From Lama guanicoe (Eukaryota), in assembly GCA_013239625.1 (NCBI GenBank), contig MU053934.1, forward strand, positions 11,075,003-11,139,002: a stretch of 64,000 nucleotides of DNA, given 5' to 3'. A program made the position numbers and the translations under genes. Numbering within the stretch: the stretch's first letter is position 1; every line of letters begins with the position of its first letter. The notes beneath the pieces were generated by a model. It was not told the DNA's origin. It saw nothing but the letters and a program-made list of their open reading frames with translations, and made no database searches. This document shows positions 24,821 to 38,110 of this stretch, in pieces.

Positions 24821-25349
24821 GTCAGCACCCATAGAAGCCATGTCAAAGTGGCTAATGTGTTCAGTGCATTGCTGTGTAGTGGAACTTAGTTATTATCCCG
24901 AAGTAGAGAGAATGGGGAGGCAGACAGTGAGACTGGAGGCTCTGGACCCAGAGTGAGGGGCTGGGGAGGCAGCAGAGTCGGGAGGGGCTTCTTGGACCTC
25001 AGTCAGGACAGGTCTGGAGGGCCATGGCTTCTGCTGTCCCCCTGGACCCAGCCTGCCTCAGCATCCCCGCTGCACTCAGTCCCGGCTGGAGCAGCCCCTG
25101 GAAGCAAGTCCTCCACGTGATGCAGGGAAGGATCTCAGAGCAGCAGATGGCACTGAAGAAGAACCTCCCATAGTCAGAGCTGTGGGGGTGGGCACATGGC
25201 ACAGGGGAACCCCAGGGTCCTTACCCGGGGTGCCCCGCTTCCTGAACATCAGAACACTTCTGCACAAACCCACCCCTACTCTGTAGGAAGTAATCAGATG
25301 CGCCATCAAGACAGGAGTCTGCTGTTCACCCCAGAATCAGCCACGACAG

Positions 25350-25560
25350 TGGCCTTTGCTGGTTCAAGAGCCAACCCTCCTGGGCTGGAATCCCAGCTCT
25401 GCTTCTGGTTAACTGTGTGATCTTGGGCAAGTTACCTAACCTCCCTGTGCCTCAGTGACTTCATTTGATGAAAGGGAGCAAACGCTTGTTCCATAGAGGA
25501 GTGAAGTCCATCACTGTTGACTGCCCAGAACAGTGCCTGGCCCTAAGTGAGCATTCGGAA
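25350..25560 (+). mobile_element. MIR SINE
   Basis: cctgggctggaatcccagctctgc...ctgtgtgatcttgggcaagttacctaacctccctgtgcctcagt...agaacagtgcctggc. Confidence 0.9.
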
Positions 25561-28500
25561 TGGGCAAATTCGGGGCCCATTACGCCTCGGTGTCTCCTCC
25601 CGTTGGTTTGGGTGGGCCGTGTGGCTGCTCGTGATGAAGACATGGAGGAAGCTTCACTAACCTGGGATAATGTTCTGGAGACGGTCTAAAGCTGAAAGAG
25701 AAGCTCCCCTGGGAGTTGTGTGCTCCTATTTTTCTTTAAAATTGGCTGCATCGAAATCAACCTGGTGAGACTGTCGTTTCCTTTCCATGTCCCTGCAGGT
25801 TCTCATCTGTCCACCAGGAGCATCTTTTCCTTACATACTTAAGAGGACTTGGAGGAGCCAGGAACCCGTGAGGGTCCCGGTCCGACAGCTGTCATGGCCG
25901 GCGTCAGGTTGGAGGGGCTGGGCGGTGACTCCCGGCCCTGGAGGAGGTCCGCCCAGATGACCGGCCCCGGTGTGGACCTCCCACTCTCCCAGGGCGGCCC
26001 CCACGCTAGGACCTTCTCATCCCTTCCTGGGAAGGGTCCCTGATACCAGTGTGATGGATGCTTGTCGACCTTGACTTTAATCTGGCTGAGATATCTGTCA
26101 GCCTCCTTCTCGGCCAAGTTTCCTCACCCCTCTCCCGTTTCTATTCTGATCTCTTTGGGGGGAAACCATCAGGTGGACGCCACACTTAAAGGGCGGGAGT
26201 TACACCCCATCTCTGCGGGCAGAGCGTACGTAAATTACTAGGGATGCGTCTGCATGGGAAGTCCCCCCATTCACTGATTATCATAACCTTTCCTTTCTAT
26301 GGGTATGATATTTATTTTATCCTTTGGGTTATAATCTAATAGTTCTGTATTCATTCCTTTGCTCAAGTTATTCCACTTTGGGGCTGGGGAAGCAACTTCA
26401 GCTGACTCGTGTGTCCCTCGGAAATGCTTCTTTCTGGCCTTTTTGCAGCTCTTGGTTTGGGTTTGCCTTGCTGGCGGGCACGTCCTCACTTTCCGCCGCA
26501 GGCACCGTAGTCACGTAGCTCCTTCCGCAGTCCTGGGCGCCGACCGGCATTGCTCCGAGGGGCCGGGTCCTTTTGTTGGAGGGTAGGACCAGATGCCAAG
26601 ATCTGGCCCGCGGTGTGCTCATGGCTACTGGGGTGCCATTTCTTCCAGCCTCACAGGAGTTGACAGAGCCAGGAAACATCTGTTTGTCCACCAACCTACG
26701 GCCCGAGGTACACACAGCTATCAACGTTTCTGTGTATAACCATCTGTATTTGTATTCAGTTAAATGTGACTTTGTATCGGTATCCAACTGTATTCCATCC
26801 CCACATGAGTTTCTAGCCTCCTTCCTTGTTTATCTGTGAATTCCCACTCCAGCAGTGACAAACCTGGCTTCCTCCATCTGCCATCCTCTCGCTAAATTGT
26901 CCAGTGGCGGTATTGCGTGTGTGGGAGAGTCAGAGCGTCAGCTGTCCCCCTGGGGGGACCTTATCAGCTGGAACACGGCTCCCGGGGCGTCCCTTTTGCC
27001 TTTACAGACTCCAGTCGTGTCTGAGGCTCCTTGGTCAGCACCTCCCCACACCCACTTCAGTGAGGTCATTTCACACGGTCACAGCGCGGTTAGTGTCTCA
27101 TCACACCCTCTGCGCCTTCCCGGATCCCATAACCTCCTAAACGATCTGTCAAACCCACATACATTAAGGTTCACTCTTTGCGCTGCAAAGTGCTGTGAGT
27201 TTTGACAGCTGTATCATGTCATCTATTCACAGACTCTATCATCTCTCACACGTATATACACATTATACATATAATTTATCATGCACACAGCTGTCACAAG
27301 GAAGAGCTTCACAACCTTAAAAAACCTCTGTGCTCCATCTATTCAAGTTCTCCGCCTCCTCCTGAAATCCTGGCAGCCAACCACCGATCTTACTGCCGCT
27401 AGAATTTTGCCTGTTCCAGAATACCGTGTGCTTGGTGTTGTACAGCGTGCAGGTTTTTCAGACTGACTTCCTGCACTTAGCAATATGCATCTGAGGTTGA
27501 CCTATGTTTTTCATGGCTTCCTAGCTCATTCGTTTTTACGAGTTAATGGCATTTCATTGTCTGGAGGCGCCAGGGGTCGTTTATCCATTCACCGACTGAA
27601 GGACATCTCGGCAGCCTACGGGTTTTGGTGATTATGAGAAAAGCTGCTATAAACATTCACGTGCAGGTTTCTGTGCAGACACAAGTCTTCAGACCAGCTG
27701 AGTAAATACCACTAAGTATGACTGCCAGGTTGCACAGTAAGACTTGATGAGCCTTGGAAGAAACTTCCTAACTGTCTTCCAAGTTGGCATTCCCGCCGGC
27801 CATGAGTGACATGTCCCATCTTGCATTCCCGCCGGCCAGGAATGACATGTCCTTTTCAGCATCCTCATCAAGACTCGGTATCGCCTGCTGTATGTGCACG
27901 TTGGCCATTGCAATGGGGTTTATTTGGATGTCATCACTGTTTTAATTTACAACTCCGTGATGACAAGTTCTGTTGAACACTTTCTCCCATGTTCCTTTGC
28001 TCTCTGTGTATCTTTTTTAGGTCGAGTGTCTGTTCAGTCAAACCTCTTCCCCATTTTTCAGTTGGATTGTTTTCCCATGGCTGAGTTTTAAGAGTTCTTT
28101 GTATATTTTGCATGCAATTCCTTTGGAGAGATGGTCTCACAAGTGTTTTCTGACCTGTCTTTTCGTCTTCTTATGAAACATTTGCAGAACAGAAGTTTAT
28201 CCTTTTAATAAAGTTCAACTAATTTTTTTCCTTCATGGGTCATGCTTTGTGGTTTTATCTGAAGTTCCATCACTAAACCCAAGGTCACCTTGACTCCCGT
28301 GCTCCCTTCTGGAAGTTTTGAAGTTTTTGCATTTTGCCTTTCGAGCTCTGATCTTATTTAGTTAATTCTGGTTGAAGGTACGTGTCTAGTTTTGAGTTTT
28401 TCCAGCATCATTGGTCGATAAGCCCGTCCTTTCTGCACTGAACTGCCTTTGATGCTTTCTCAGGTATCAGCTGATCACCTTTTGTGGGTTTTTTTCCTGA

Positions 28501-29896
28501 TTCTCTCTCTTCCTCCACTGACCTGTGAGTCTAGCCTCTCACCAATGCCAATTCACCCTGATCACCGCATAGGGAGTCTTGAAATCACATAGTGTGTGTT
28601 TTCCAGGTTTGTTTTCATCACTTCTGTTTTAGCTGTTCTAGGCCTTTTGTCTTTCTGTATAAATTTTAGAATCACTTTGTCAACATCTACCCAATAGCTT
28701 GCTGGGATTTTTATGGGGGTAGCATGCAGTCAACAGGTCAAATTGGGAAGAGCTGCATTTTTAAATTATTGAGTCTTCTATCTCATGAACATAGACCATC
28801 CGTCCATTTATTTAGAAAGCTGATTTCTCTTATCAGAGCTTTACGGTTTATTGCATGTAAATCCTAAACATATTCTGTTATGTTTTCATTTGTATTCATA
28901 TACGTTTTGGGATTCTTTGGGGATGAGATACGTTATTAAATGGCATTGTGTTTATTAATTTCAAATTTCAAACATTCACAGCTGGTACATAAGAAATCGA
29001 TTGATTTTTGCACATTAACTTTGTATACTGCAGCCCCCTCTGATCCTACACTCATTCCAGAAGTTACCATGTGTGCTGTTTGGGGTTTACACAGACAACC
29101 ATATCACCTGTGGACGAGATTTCATTCCTTCTCTGTTTAATCTTCACATAGTTTTTGTATTATCTGTGTAATTTTCCCCCTTGCCTCGCCTTGTTGCACT
29201 AAGACTTCCAGTAAGATGTTTAATAGGAGTTTTGAGAGGTGATAGCTTTACTTGTCCCCCATCTCAGGGGGACAGCATTTGGCTTCTCACCATTGCATGT
29301 GAAGTTAGCTGTGGATTTCTGTAGATTGTCTCTGTCGACATGAGAAAGTTCTCCTCTGTTTCTAGGTTTCTGAGAGCTTGCATCCTGGATGGGTGTTGGG
29401 TTTTTGTCAAGTGCTTTTCCTGCCTTATCGATACAGACATACGATTTTTCTTGTTTACCCTGTTAATGTGATGTATAGTATTAGTTGACTTTTTTGAATG
29501 TTGAACCAGCTTTGTGTGCCTGGGACAAATCCCACTTGGCCGTGGTGTGTAATCTGTCGTATACATAGTTGGACTCGGTTTGCTGACATATCGCTAAGAA
29601 TTTTGGGGTCGATGGTCATGAGCAATATTGATCTGAAGTCTTCCTTCCTTGTGATTCCTTGTCTGGTTTTGATTTTAGGGTAATGTGGGCCTTTTAGAGT
29701 GACTTGAGGAAGTACTCCCTCTGCTCCTAATTTCTGGAAGAGATGGTAGAGAATTGGAATAATTTATCACTTAAATGTTTGGTAGAATTCACCAGGGGCT
29801 CCATCTGAGCCTGGCTCTTTCTGTTATGGAAGGTTATTAACTATTGATTCCAAATTTTAATAGATATAGACCATTCCGATCATCTGTTTTTCCTTC

Positions 29897-30344
29897 TGTT
29901 AAAATCAAACACAAAAGGAGACCAGACTTGAGAACCCCCTGAGCAGACAAAACCAGCTTATTCATATAAACAGAGCTTAATTTAGCTTCTTTTGCAAGAC
30001 AAGTGAGGTTAACTTGACCTAGGTCACTTCTTGCTTATGCCTCTAAAAATCACAAGCAGACCTCAAATAGCTTCCCAAAATTGGCACGAGGTAACCGCTA
30101 ACCAGTTCCCTTTCGTTTAAGAAAATTCTCACACTGTCACCCATTCTGTAAAGCATAAACTCTCCTGGCCTCCAGACCACATGAGCTGCTTTATAATCAT
30201 GTACCTCTGAGCCTCATTGTGTGCCTTGTCTTGAGTGTTCCCTGTTGGCAAACTGTCTTTTTTGGTGTGTGCACAATACATTCTACTAATTACTACTTCA
30301 GTGACTCATTGGTTTTACTTCTGTATTTTTCTGAACTTTTGATA
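29897..30344 (+). mobile_element. ERV1-type solo LTR inserted in the L1
   Basis: Starts TG and ends ttttgaTA (degenerate CA); flanked by 4-bp direct repeat CTTC (29893-29896 and 30345-30348); L1 sequence resumes across it; aataca polyA-signal variant near 30275. Confidence 0.8.
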
Positions 30345-32825
30345 CTTCTATGAGTTTTGGTGGATTATTCTCTGTAAAGAAAATTTCCCATTTCATCTAA
30401 AGTGTTACATTTCTGGACTTGGAGTCATTCAGAATGTTCCTTTGATGTCATTGTGTTGTCCATGGGATCAATAATGTGAACGCCTCTTACATTTCTGAAT
30501 TTAAAAATCTCTGTCTCTGTCTCTGTCTGTCTCTCTGTCTGTTTAGCCTGTCTAGATATTCATCAATTTTATTGATCTTCTCCAGAAACCAGTTTTTGGT
30601 TTCGTTGATCTACTGTTTTCTTTTTTTCAATTTCATTGCTTTCTGCTATAATTTTCATTATTTCTTCTCATCTGTTTCCTTTAGGTATAATTTGCTCTTC
30701 TATTTTCTAGTCTAAGGTGAAGCTTAAATGATTGATTTTAGATCTTTCTTCTTTCCTCATATTTGCATTCAATGCTAAAAATTCTTCTCAGCACTGCTTT
30801 TGCTGTTTCCCACCCATTTTGATAAGCTGAAATAAGCTGTATTATTTATTTAATTCAAAATATGATATTTTAAATTCCTTTGAGAGTCCTTTGACTTATG
30901 TATTATTTAGGAGGGAGTTGCTGAATCCCCAAATATTTTGCAATATGACAGATTTGATTCCTGTTTCTGACTTCTGTTTTAATTCCACTGTGGTCTGAAA
31001 GCATAATTTGTATTATTTCTGTTACTTTAAATGTATTAAGATGTGTTTTATGACCCAGGATATGGTCTTTCTTGAATGTTCCATGTGGACCTAGGAATGA
31101 CATGTAATTATGCTCTTCCTGGACGGGCTGTTGTGTAGCTGTCAGTTCGATCAAGTGGGCTGATGGAGGCGTTCACGTCAGGCACACTTACTGGTCTCCT
31201 GCCCGGCGACTCTGTCAGTTACTCAGGAGGGTGTCAAAGTCTCCCACAGTCGGGGGGTGTCTGTTCTCCTTACAGTTCTGTCAGCTGTTGCCTCGTATAT
31301 TCTGACATTCTGGTTTTAGGCATGTGCACAATAAGGATTCTTGGAGAACTGACTTATTTATCATTATATAACGCCCCTCCTCATCCCTGATAATTTTCCT
31401 TGTCTGAAGGCTGCCCTTTCTAAAATTAATACAGTTATTCTTTTTCTATTTTGATTAGTGCTAGTATGGTCTATCTTTCTCCACCCTTTACTTTTAATCT
31501 AGATGTGACTTTATATCTAAAGCAGTTTTCTCATAGATGACATGTAGCTGGAAGTTATGTTTTTCATCCACTCTAATGGTCTCTGTCTTTGAATTCATCT
31601 ATTCAGACCATTCATATTGAAGGTGATGATCAGTACAGTTGAATTAGTTCCTACCATGTTTATGGATCTTTCCTATTGTGCTTTTTCTTTGCTTATTTTT
31701 TCTACTCTTTTTCTGCCTTCTCTGGTTTCCCTTGAGCATTTCATGTGATTCAGTTTTCTTCCGTAGCATACCAATTACAACCCTTTTTAAATTCTGTAGT
31801 GGTTTTCCTAGTGTTTTCAAGATACATTTACAGTGAATCCAGGTCCACTTTCAAATGACACTGTACTGCTTCAAATGTAATACAGGTACCATGTAACAGA
31901 GTGCTCCTAATCCATCCCTCCTGCCCCTTGTGACCCTGCATCCTTCGCTTCGCTTACCCACGTGCTGTAGTCAGCAGTGCATCACTGCTGTTGCTGCTTC
32001 TGATGGCTACCCTTTAGGTCGATTAAAAACCAGAGAAAAATTTAGAGTTATTTTTCCTCCATTTATTCCTTGTCTGGAGCTCCTCCCTCCTTTGTACGGA
32101 TCTGAGTTTATGACCTACATCATTCTCCTTCTTCGCTGAAGAGGTCCTAAGACTGTAAGGTTTCGTGCAGGTTTGCTTGCTGTGAATTCATCCGGGTTTT
32201 TTCGTTTTTGTTTTTGTCTAAGGAAGTTCTTATTTCTATTTCACTGTTGAAATAGAACTTACCGGGTACAGAATTCTAGGCTGGTGTTTTCTCTTCCCAG
32301 ACTTTAAATAATTAGCTCACTTCTTCTTACTGTCACGGTTTCTGAAGAGCTGGCCCGTGCGACTCTCATCCCTGTTCTGGTAGGTGGTGTTCGTCTTCCT
32401 TTGGTTTCTTTCAAGATTGTCTCTTGGTCTTTGATTTTCTGAGGTTCAAATAGGGTATGTCTAGGTGCAGATTTTTTAGTATCTATCCTGAGTTTCCCAG
32501 ACCTGCGGTTTTGTGTCTGTTACTAATTTGGTGAGATTCTCTGCTGTTAGTACTTTAAATATTCCTCCTGCTCCTTTCCGTCTTTCTTCTCCTTCTGGTT
32601 TTCCCAGTACATGTATGTTAGAAGCTTTTTATGTCCCCACAGTTCTCGGATATTCTTCCTCCACCCACCCCCCATTTTAATTCATTACTTTTTCTCTTTC
32701 CATTTCAGTTTGACAAGTTTCCTTTGACATGTCTTCAAACTCACTGATTCTTTTCTCAGCTGTCTACTTGTGAGCCCATCAGAGTCATTCTTTATTTCTG
32801 TTATGGGATGAAAAATAGCCTTCCT

Positions 32826-33047
32826 TGGCAACTAGAGTTAATAATGCTGTGTTACACACTTGAATGTTTCCAAGATGGTAACTTTAAAAAGTCCTCATCA
32901 CAGGGAAAATAATTCTGTAAATATGTGGGGCGATGGATGTTAACTAGACATTGTGGCCATCATTTCACATTATATATAGATGTCGAATCATGATGTCATA
33001 CACCTGAAACTAACATAATGTTGTATGTCAGTTACTCTTTAACAAAA
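32826..33047 (+). mobile_element. L1MA/MB-like 3' end inserted opposite to the host L1
   Basis: actagagttaataatgctgtg...gatggatgttaactagac...tacacctgaaactaacataatgttgtatgtcagtta is an L1 3' terminus. Confidence 0.85.
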
Positions 33048-34204
33048 CGCCCTTCCTAGCATTTCCTTTCAATTCTGTCTTGTGGTTTCCATCTCTTTGC
33101 TTACCTAACTCCCCTGTTCTTGTATGTGACAGCTTCTTCCCCATTCGAGCCCTTAGTGTATTAATCATGGTGATTTTAAATTCCCTGCCTGGTAATTGCA
33201 AAATCAGTCTTGTATCTGAGTCTGACTCTGAAGCTTACTTGGCCTCAGTGTTTTCTCTCACCTTTAGCATGCCCCGTAACTTTTTGCTGCAGCCTGGACA
33301 TGGTATATTGGGTGGACACTGAGATAAAAGGCCCTCAGTGTGCGTTATGTTTCTCCGGCTAGAAGTTGGGCTGTCTTTAGTGTTCACTGCAGCTATAGGT
33401 CCCAGAGGCTTCAAATTCCTGTAATGTCCTTGCTTTTGTCTCCTCTGCTGAGCCTGGGTTTCCCTAAGAACTCCTTCTCAATGTGAGCATCCACGTTCCA
33501 GCTATTTCAGCACAAGCCTCTGTCATGACGGAGTCCTGCTGACGGGGTGTAAGGTGTGGGAAGAGCTGGGTCTTAGTGTGAAATCTGTCTTTCAGTGGGG
33601 CTGCGTCCTGAGCTGTGGCGCTCACAAGTGCTTCTTAGCTTCGTGCCTGCTCTCGGGTGGTGCCCGGGGGCTCCAGGGGCTGGAGCTGGGTGATCTCAGT
33701 TCCCCCTCCAGCCCAGGCTAGATCGGTCTCTGCTGAAGTCTGTCCCCTACAGGGTCAGGCTTGTTACGGGAAGTGCTCCGAGCTGTTTCAGATGGGGCTG
33801 CTTTTCCCCTCCCCCTGCCAGAGCTACCAGGGGGGTTCCTTGCCCTTCACTGTGAGGACCCACTGGGATCCCTACGGGCAAAACCCATGAAACAAGGACC
33901 CCTAGGGCGGGAGCACGGGGAGGCGTCCACCTTCGGCCTCCAGCATTTGTCAAAATCAGCCTGTAAGTCTTGCTTCCAGTTTCTGCCTCCAGTGGCTGCT
34001 GCTCTGAATAAGCTGACCTCGGCCCTGATCCTCTTTGTCTTTTTCTGCAGATTTTGGGTGGTGGTTTGCCCTGCTACCTCCACTCTCTGATGGTTCAAGA
34101 AGAGTCACTGGTTTTTATTCTGTTCGGCATTTTTTCTTCTTAATGTAAGACGAAACAGACAACTTCCAAGCTTTCCTTGTGGTGGTTGAAACTGGATGTT
34201 CCTA

Positions 34205-34830
34205 AATAGACTTTTATTTTAGAATTGACAGAAAAGTTGCAAAAATAGCCCATTGAGTCCCCACACACGCCCACACTCAACTCCCCCGTTGCTAACATCT
34301 CACGTTGCCGAGGCGTGTCTGTCACACCTGATGGGCAGCGGTGGCAGATCATTATTAATAAAGTCCGTGCTTTACTGGGTGTCATTAGTTTTATCCTGAT
34401 GCCCTTTGTCTGTCCCGGGAGCCCGTCCAGGGCGCGACATGGCGCTTCGTTTGCTGGCAGACTCCTCTGTGCTCTGGTGGGTTTTCGGAGCTTTCTTGTT
34501 TTTGATGACCTTGACGTTTTAGTGAGCCCTGGACAGGCTTTTCGTAAAACATCCTTTACTTGGGTTTGTCTGATGTTTTCCCACAGTTAAGCTGCGTGTA
34601 CTTGTTTCTGGTTTGAAGGCCGTGGAGGGACACAGCGCCTCGAATATCCCCTCACCTCAGGACACGCGCCTTCAACGCGACAATCACCGCGATGCCGACT
34701 CTGATCACCCGGGTGAGGCGCGTCTGTCAGGCTCCCCCGCTGTTACTGATTTGCCCGACGTCCCGCACTGTCCTCTCCAGAAGGGAGTCGCAACGCACAG
34801 CCCGCACTGAACAGGTGGGAAAGAAACTGT
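34205..34830 (-). mobile_element. L1MC4-like 3' end
   Basis: ttagaattgacagaaaagttgcaaaaatag...tttcttgtttttgatgaccttgacgtttt...tgggtttgtctgatgtttt. Confidence 0.75.
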
Positions 34831-34879
34831 GATTTGATGAACGGAGGGGATTGTCAGAGATTCTTTATGTGCGGGGGAG

Positions 34880-34980
34880 TATGTACACGTCTGTGTGTGT
34901 GTATAAATGCGTATTTGTATATATATGTGTGTATATGTGTTATACATATGTGGTGTGTATATACACACACACACACACAA
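34880..34980. repeat. TG/TA/CA simple repeat
   Basis: gtgtgtgtgtataaat...atacacacacacacac. Confidence 0.9.
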
Positions 34981-35370
34981 GCATCCTCCACTTTCCGAAA
35001 GCTCACTTCCACACTACTTTGCTTTTACAGAAGGTCCACGTTAGTACCTGTTTTCGCTAGCCAAAGGGTGTTAAGGTATTTTCCCTTTTATGAGAAAAGA
35101 CAAAGCTCGGAAACGGGGCCAGTGTCTGTCTTGCAGCGCGCGTCACAGAGGTAGCGCCACCGGAGCGAGCAGCGCGAGGGGCCCCGCCGGCTTCCCGGGG
35201 CCGCGCTCAGCACGGCGACGTGCGGCCGCTGCAGCCGTGGCCGGGGCTGTGAGCGGCTGGGCTCCGTCTCCACTCGCTCTGTGCATCGTGAGCAGGACGT
35301 GTCCGGAGGCGATTGCTTCTCTGCTTTACGCTGTCTCAGTTTACACGAGGTTTCTTGGGGACGCTACTTA
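34980..35370 (+). mobile_element. TcMar/Tigger-like DNA transposon remnant
   Basis: gcatcctccactttccgaaagctcac...gcttttacagaaggtccacgttagtacctgttttcgctagcc resembles a Tigger-type MITE (subfamily uncertain). Confidence 0.5.
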
Positions 35371-35409
35371 CTGTTGGCTGCGATACCTGGATGTCAGTTA
35401 TATAAACCT

Positions 35410-35935
35410 GGAAATATATATATATATATATATAGTCCTTTAGCAGGTGGAAGAACAAAATACACATATACTCTCAAATAGGTGTGTGTGTGCGTATGTG
35501 TCCTCCTCCATCTGTTAGAGGAAGGTACACACATGTACACACCTGCCGCCTTGAGCTCACCTACCTACTGCTGTATGTGTGTGTGTGTGTATCCGTATGC
35601 GTGTACATACACACATAAAATTCATATAAACATATATGTGTACATACGTGTGTATGTACAATGTACATAGTATATATCTGTGTGTATATATGTATCTGTA
35701 CCCACATATGTAAAATACATATAAATACATATGGGCATATATATTTATTTTTAACATTATTTTAACATCTATACGTATGTAAGTATTTTATATGTGTACA
35801 GATACATATATGCACATAGATACATACTATACATGCATTACACACACATACACACATACACGTGTCTGTGTGTTTAGACGAGTGTACATGCACACGGCTG
35901 CACACGTACACACATGCATGCATCCCTATGCACGC
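35410..35935. repeat. TA/TG/CA low-complexity alternating purine-pyrimidine tract
   Basis: (TA)n at ~35413-35433 followed by long degenerate tatg/taca repeats. Confidence 0.9.
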
Positions 35936-37799
35936 ATGGCGGTGAGCGGAGGAGCTGGGCTAAGGCAGCAGCTGTCACACGAGGGAAGGGCTGGAGAGGA
36001 CAGGCTCAGGCAGTGGCCGTGGAAATGCAGCTGTTGGTGCAGAGCTGAGAGACGCTCCTCCCTGATCTCAGTCGCTCGTCCACTCGTTTGTTCAATCAAC
36101 ACGGCGTCCTTGCACCTCTGACACGCCCCCAGTACCAAGCTCAGGATTACCCATCTCCTGGAAGCTGAAAGGGCTGAGATGCTTCCACCCAGCAGTTCGG
36201 GGAAGACGGTAAAAAGCAGACATCTGAAAGCTGATCACAGGCACGCGTGAGGCTGCGATGGTGGCCATGTACGAGCAGGTGTGTCCGGGGCTCGGCCCCA
36301 GCCTGGGCCTGCGGAGGACCCCCTGAGCTGTGACGCTGAGCTGAGGGACCAGGTGAGCGCGGAGCAGGAAGGAGGCCGGGGGGCACTCCCGGCAGAGGGG
36401 ACGACTGTGCAGATGGCCTGGGAGGGGTTAGAGGGACAGAAAGGCGACCACCGTGATTGGAACCTGAGGGTGCGTGGGGAGGTGGAGGAGGGGAGGCTGG
36501 AGGGCGCAGCAGAAGAGCGTGCGTAACGCGGGGCTGTGTTTGCAGGAGAGCCGGGGAGAACCATATGGGATCAACACCTGGGACCAGGGAGGAGATAACA
36601 GAGCAGGTGGAGAAGGGGAGGGAGGAGAGCGGTCTTAGCAGAACCTGGAGCCAAAGTAAGAGAGCGGGGGCCGGCTGGCACGATAAGTGAGCAGTCGAGT
36701 TTAGTGAAACCCAGGTTTATAAATGAGGTGCAGCAGGAGCTTGTGTCCGGAAAGCAGGTGGGGCAAAGGGCTGCTGGGGCCCAGGGCAGGGGAGTGGGTG
36801 AGGAAGGGGGGGCTGCACACTGGAAGCAATTTCTGACTCTCAGTCCATTCATCTGCTCATTCACTCACTTGTTCAATTTCCATTGAAAGCTCGACTCTTC
36901 ACTGAGGTCACAGTATTTCATTCAGCAACAGACGTGGGGCGCTTCGCCTGCCAAATGGAGGATCTGGTCTCGATTCTGTTCACAACGAGTCAGATGGGGG
37001 TTTCTAGGTAAAGGAGCGACAAGGCAGCACCAACAGTGGGAACCAGCTCCAGGCTGCAGGGGGCTCGTCAGCCTTGCCCACCGTGGTGTCTCAGCGCAGC
37101 AGTCAGCAGGGATCGGCCAGGCTCGCCAGGGGGAAAGGTCACCAGAGCTGGGCACGGAGCGACAGGTGCACAGGCAGACATGTGGGGGGTGTGGACCAGG
37201 CACAAGGGCCCCCGGGAAGCTGCCGGTGTCGCCCGTGCACAGAGGGTCTGCCCAGAGCAGAGCAGTGAGCATGAAAGAAAGGGGGCAGACCCTCGAGGTA
37301 GCTGTCCCAGCGCCACTTCCCCCGAGCAGACCCCACCTCCAGGTGCCTGTGGAAGGGCTGTGATCAGGCAGTGACGCTGGAAGACACGGGGGATGGAGGA
37401 TGCAGAGGAAGGTGCGATTTCAGGCAAAGGGCCGTGGAGGCACCTCCCACCTGCGGCTCAGGGGCCTCTCTGCAAGGAGAGGACGGACACCTCCAAGATG
37501 TCCCGACCCAGGACGGCCAGGCAGAGTGTCCCCGCTGGGGAGGACCTGCTCACCATCTCGCAGGCACGTCTGGCCTTTGTGGGCGCAGGGGACGCACTGC
37601 CCGGAGCCCAGGGACCGACCCGCAGCGCTGCAGACACAGAAGAGCGAGCGTCAGAGAGGAGAGGGGTCTACAGGCGTCCAGGCAGCACCCGACCCCACCG
37701 GCCCTCCCTGTGTCTCCAGGCCACTCTCCTGGGGCGTGTGCACACGCACGCGCATGCACACACACACACGCAGAGTTTTCACCCGGTTACAGTCACAGC

Positions 37800-38110
37800 A
37801 TGCACGCAGTTGTACACCATAGACATTTTTATGTGGCTTTGTGCTTCGTTTTGTGATTATAATTTTGAAGGCCTGAGTAATGGTCCATCAAATGACGGGC
37901 CACCGTGCACTAACTCAGACTCTCAGTGGACCAGGTCTTGTCAGTCCCTCTGGGCCACGGAGAACGCTGCGCTGGAGACACATCCACACGAGCCCGTCCG
38001 TCAGGGGTGGCCTCCTGGGGGCCCATCCTGAGCCGGGGGGCGCCTGGCAGACGTAGACCCACAGGACGTCCTTCCACGCCCGGAGCAGGGTGTCACCACA
38101 TCAGTTCCGA
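37800..38110 (-). mobile_element. Very diverged L1ME-like 3' fragment
   Basis: ggcctgagtaatggtccatc...agaacgctgcgctggagacacatcc resembles an L1ME 3' end shifted toward GC. Confidence 0.35.

Larger units (their letters stand above)
26040..34200 (-). mobile_element. Long, decayed L1 (L1MC/L1M4-like) spanning 3' UTR, ORF2 and the 5' region
   Basis: Endonuclease remnant HGTFKKDHILGHKTHLNTFKVTEIIQIMLSDHSGIK (ORF 30903-31154); RT-region remnant KSTNTIHHINRVNKKNRMSVSI (ORF 29264-29566); T-rich plus strand; many stops and frameshifts. Confidence 0.92.

Noticed and set aside
26040..34200. Active reverse transcriptase or endonuclease gene
   Set aside because: Only short decayed L1 ORF2 peptides with many stops, frameshifts and nested insertions
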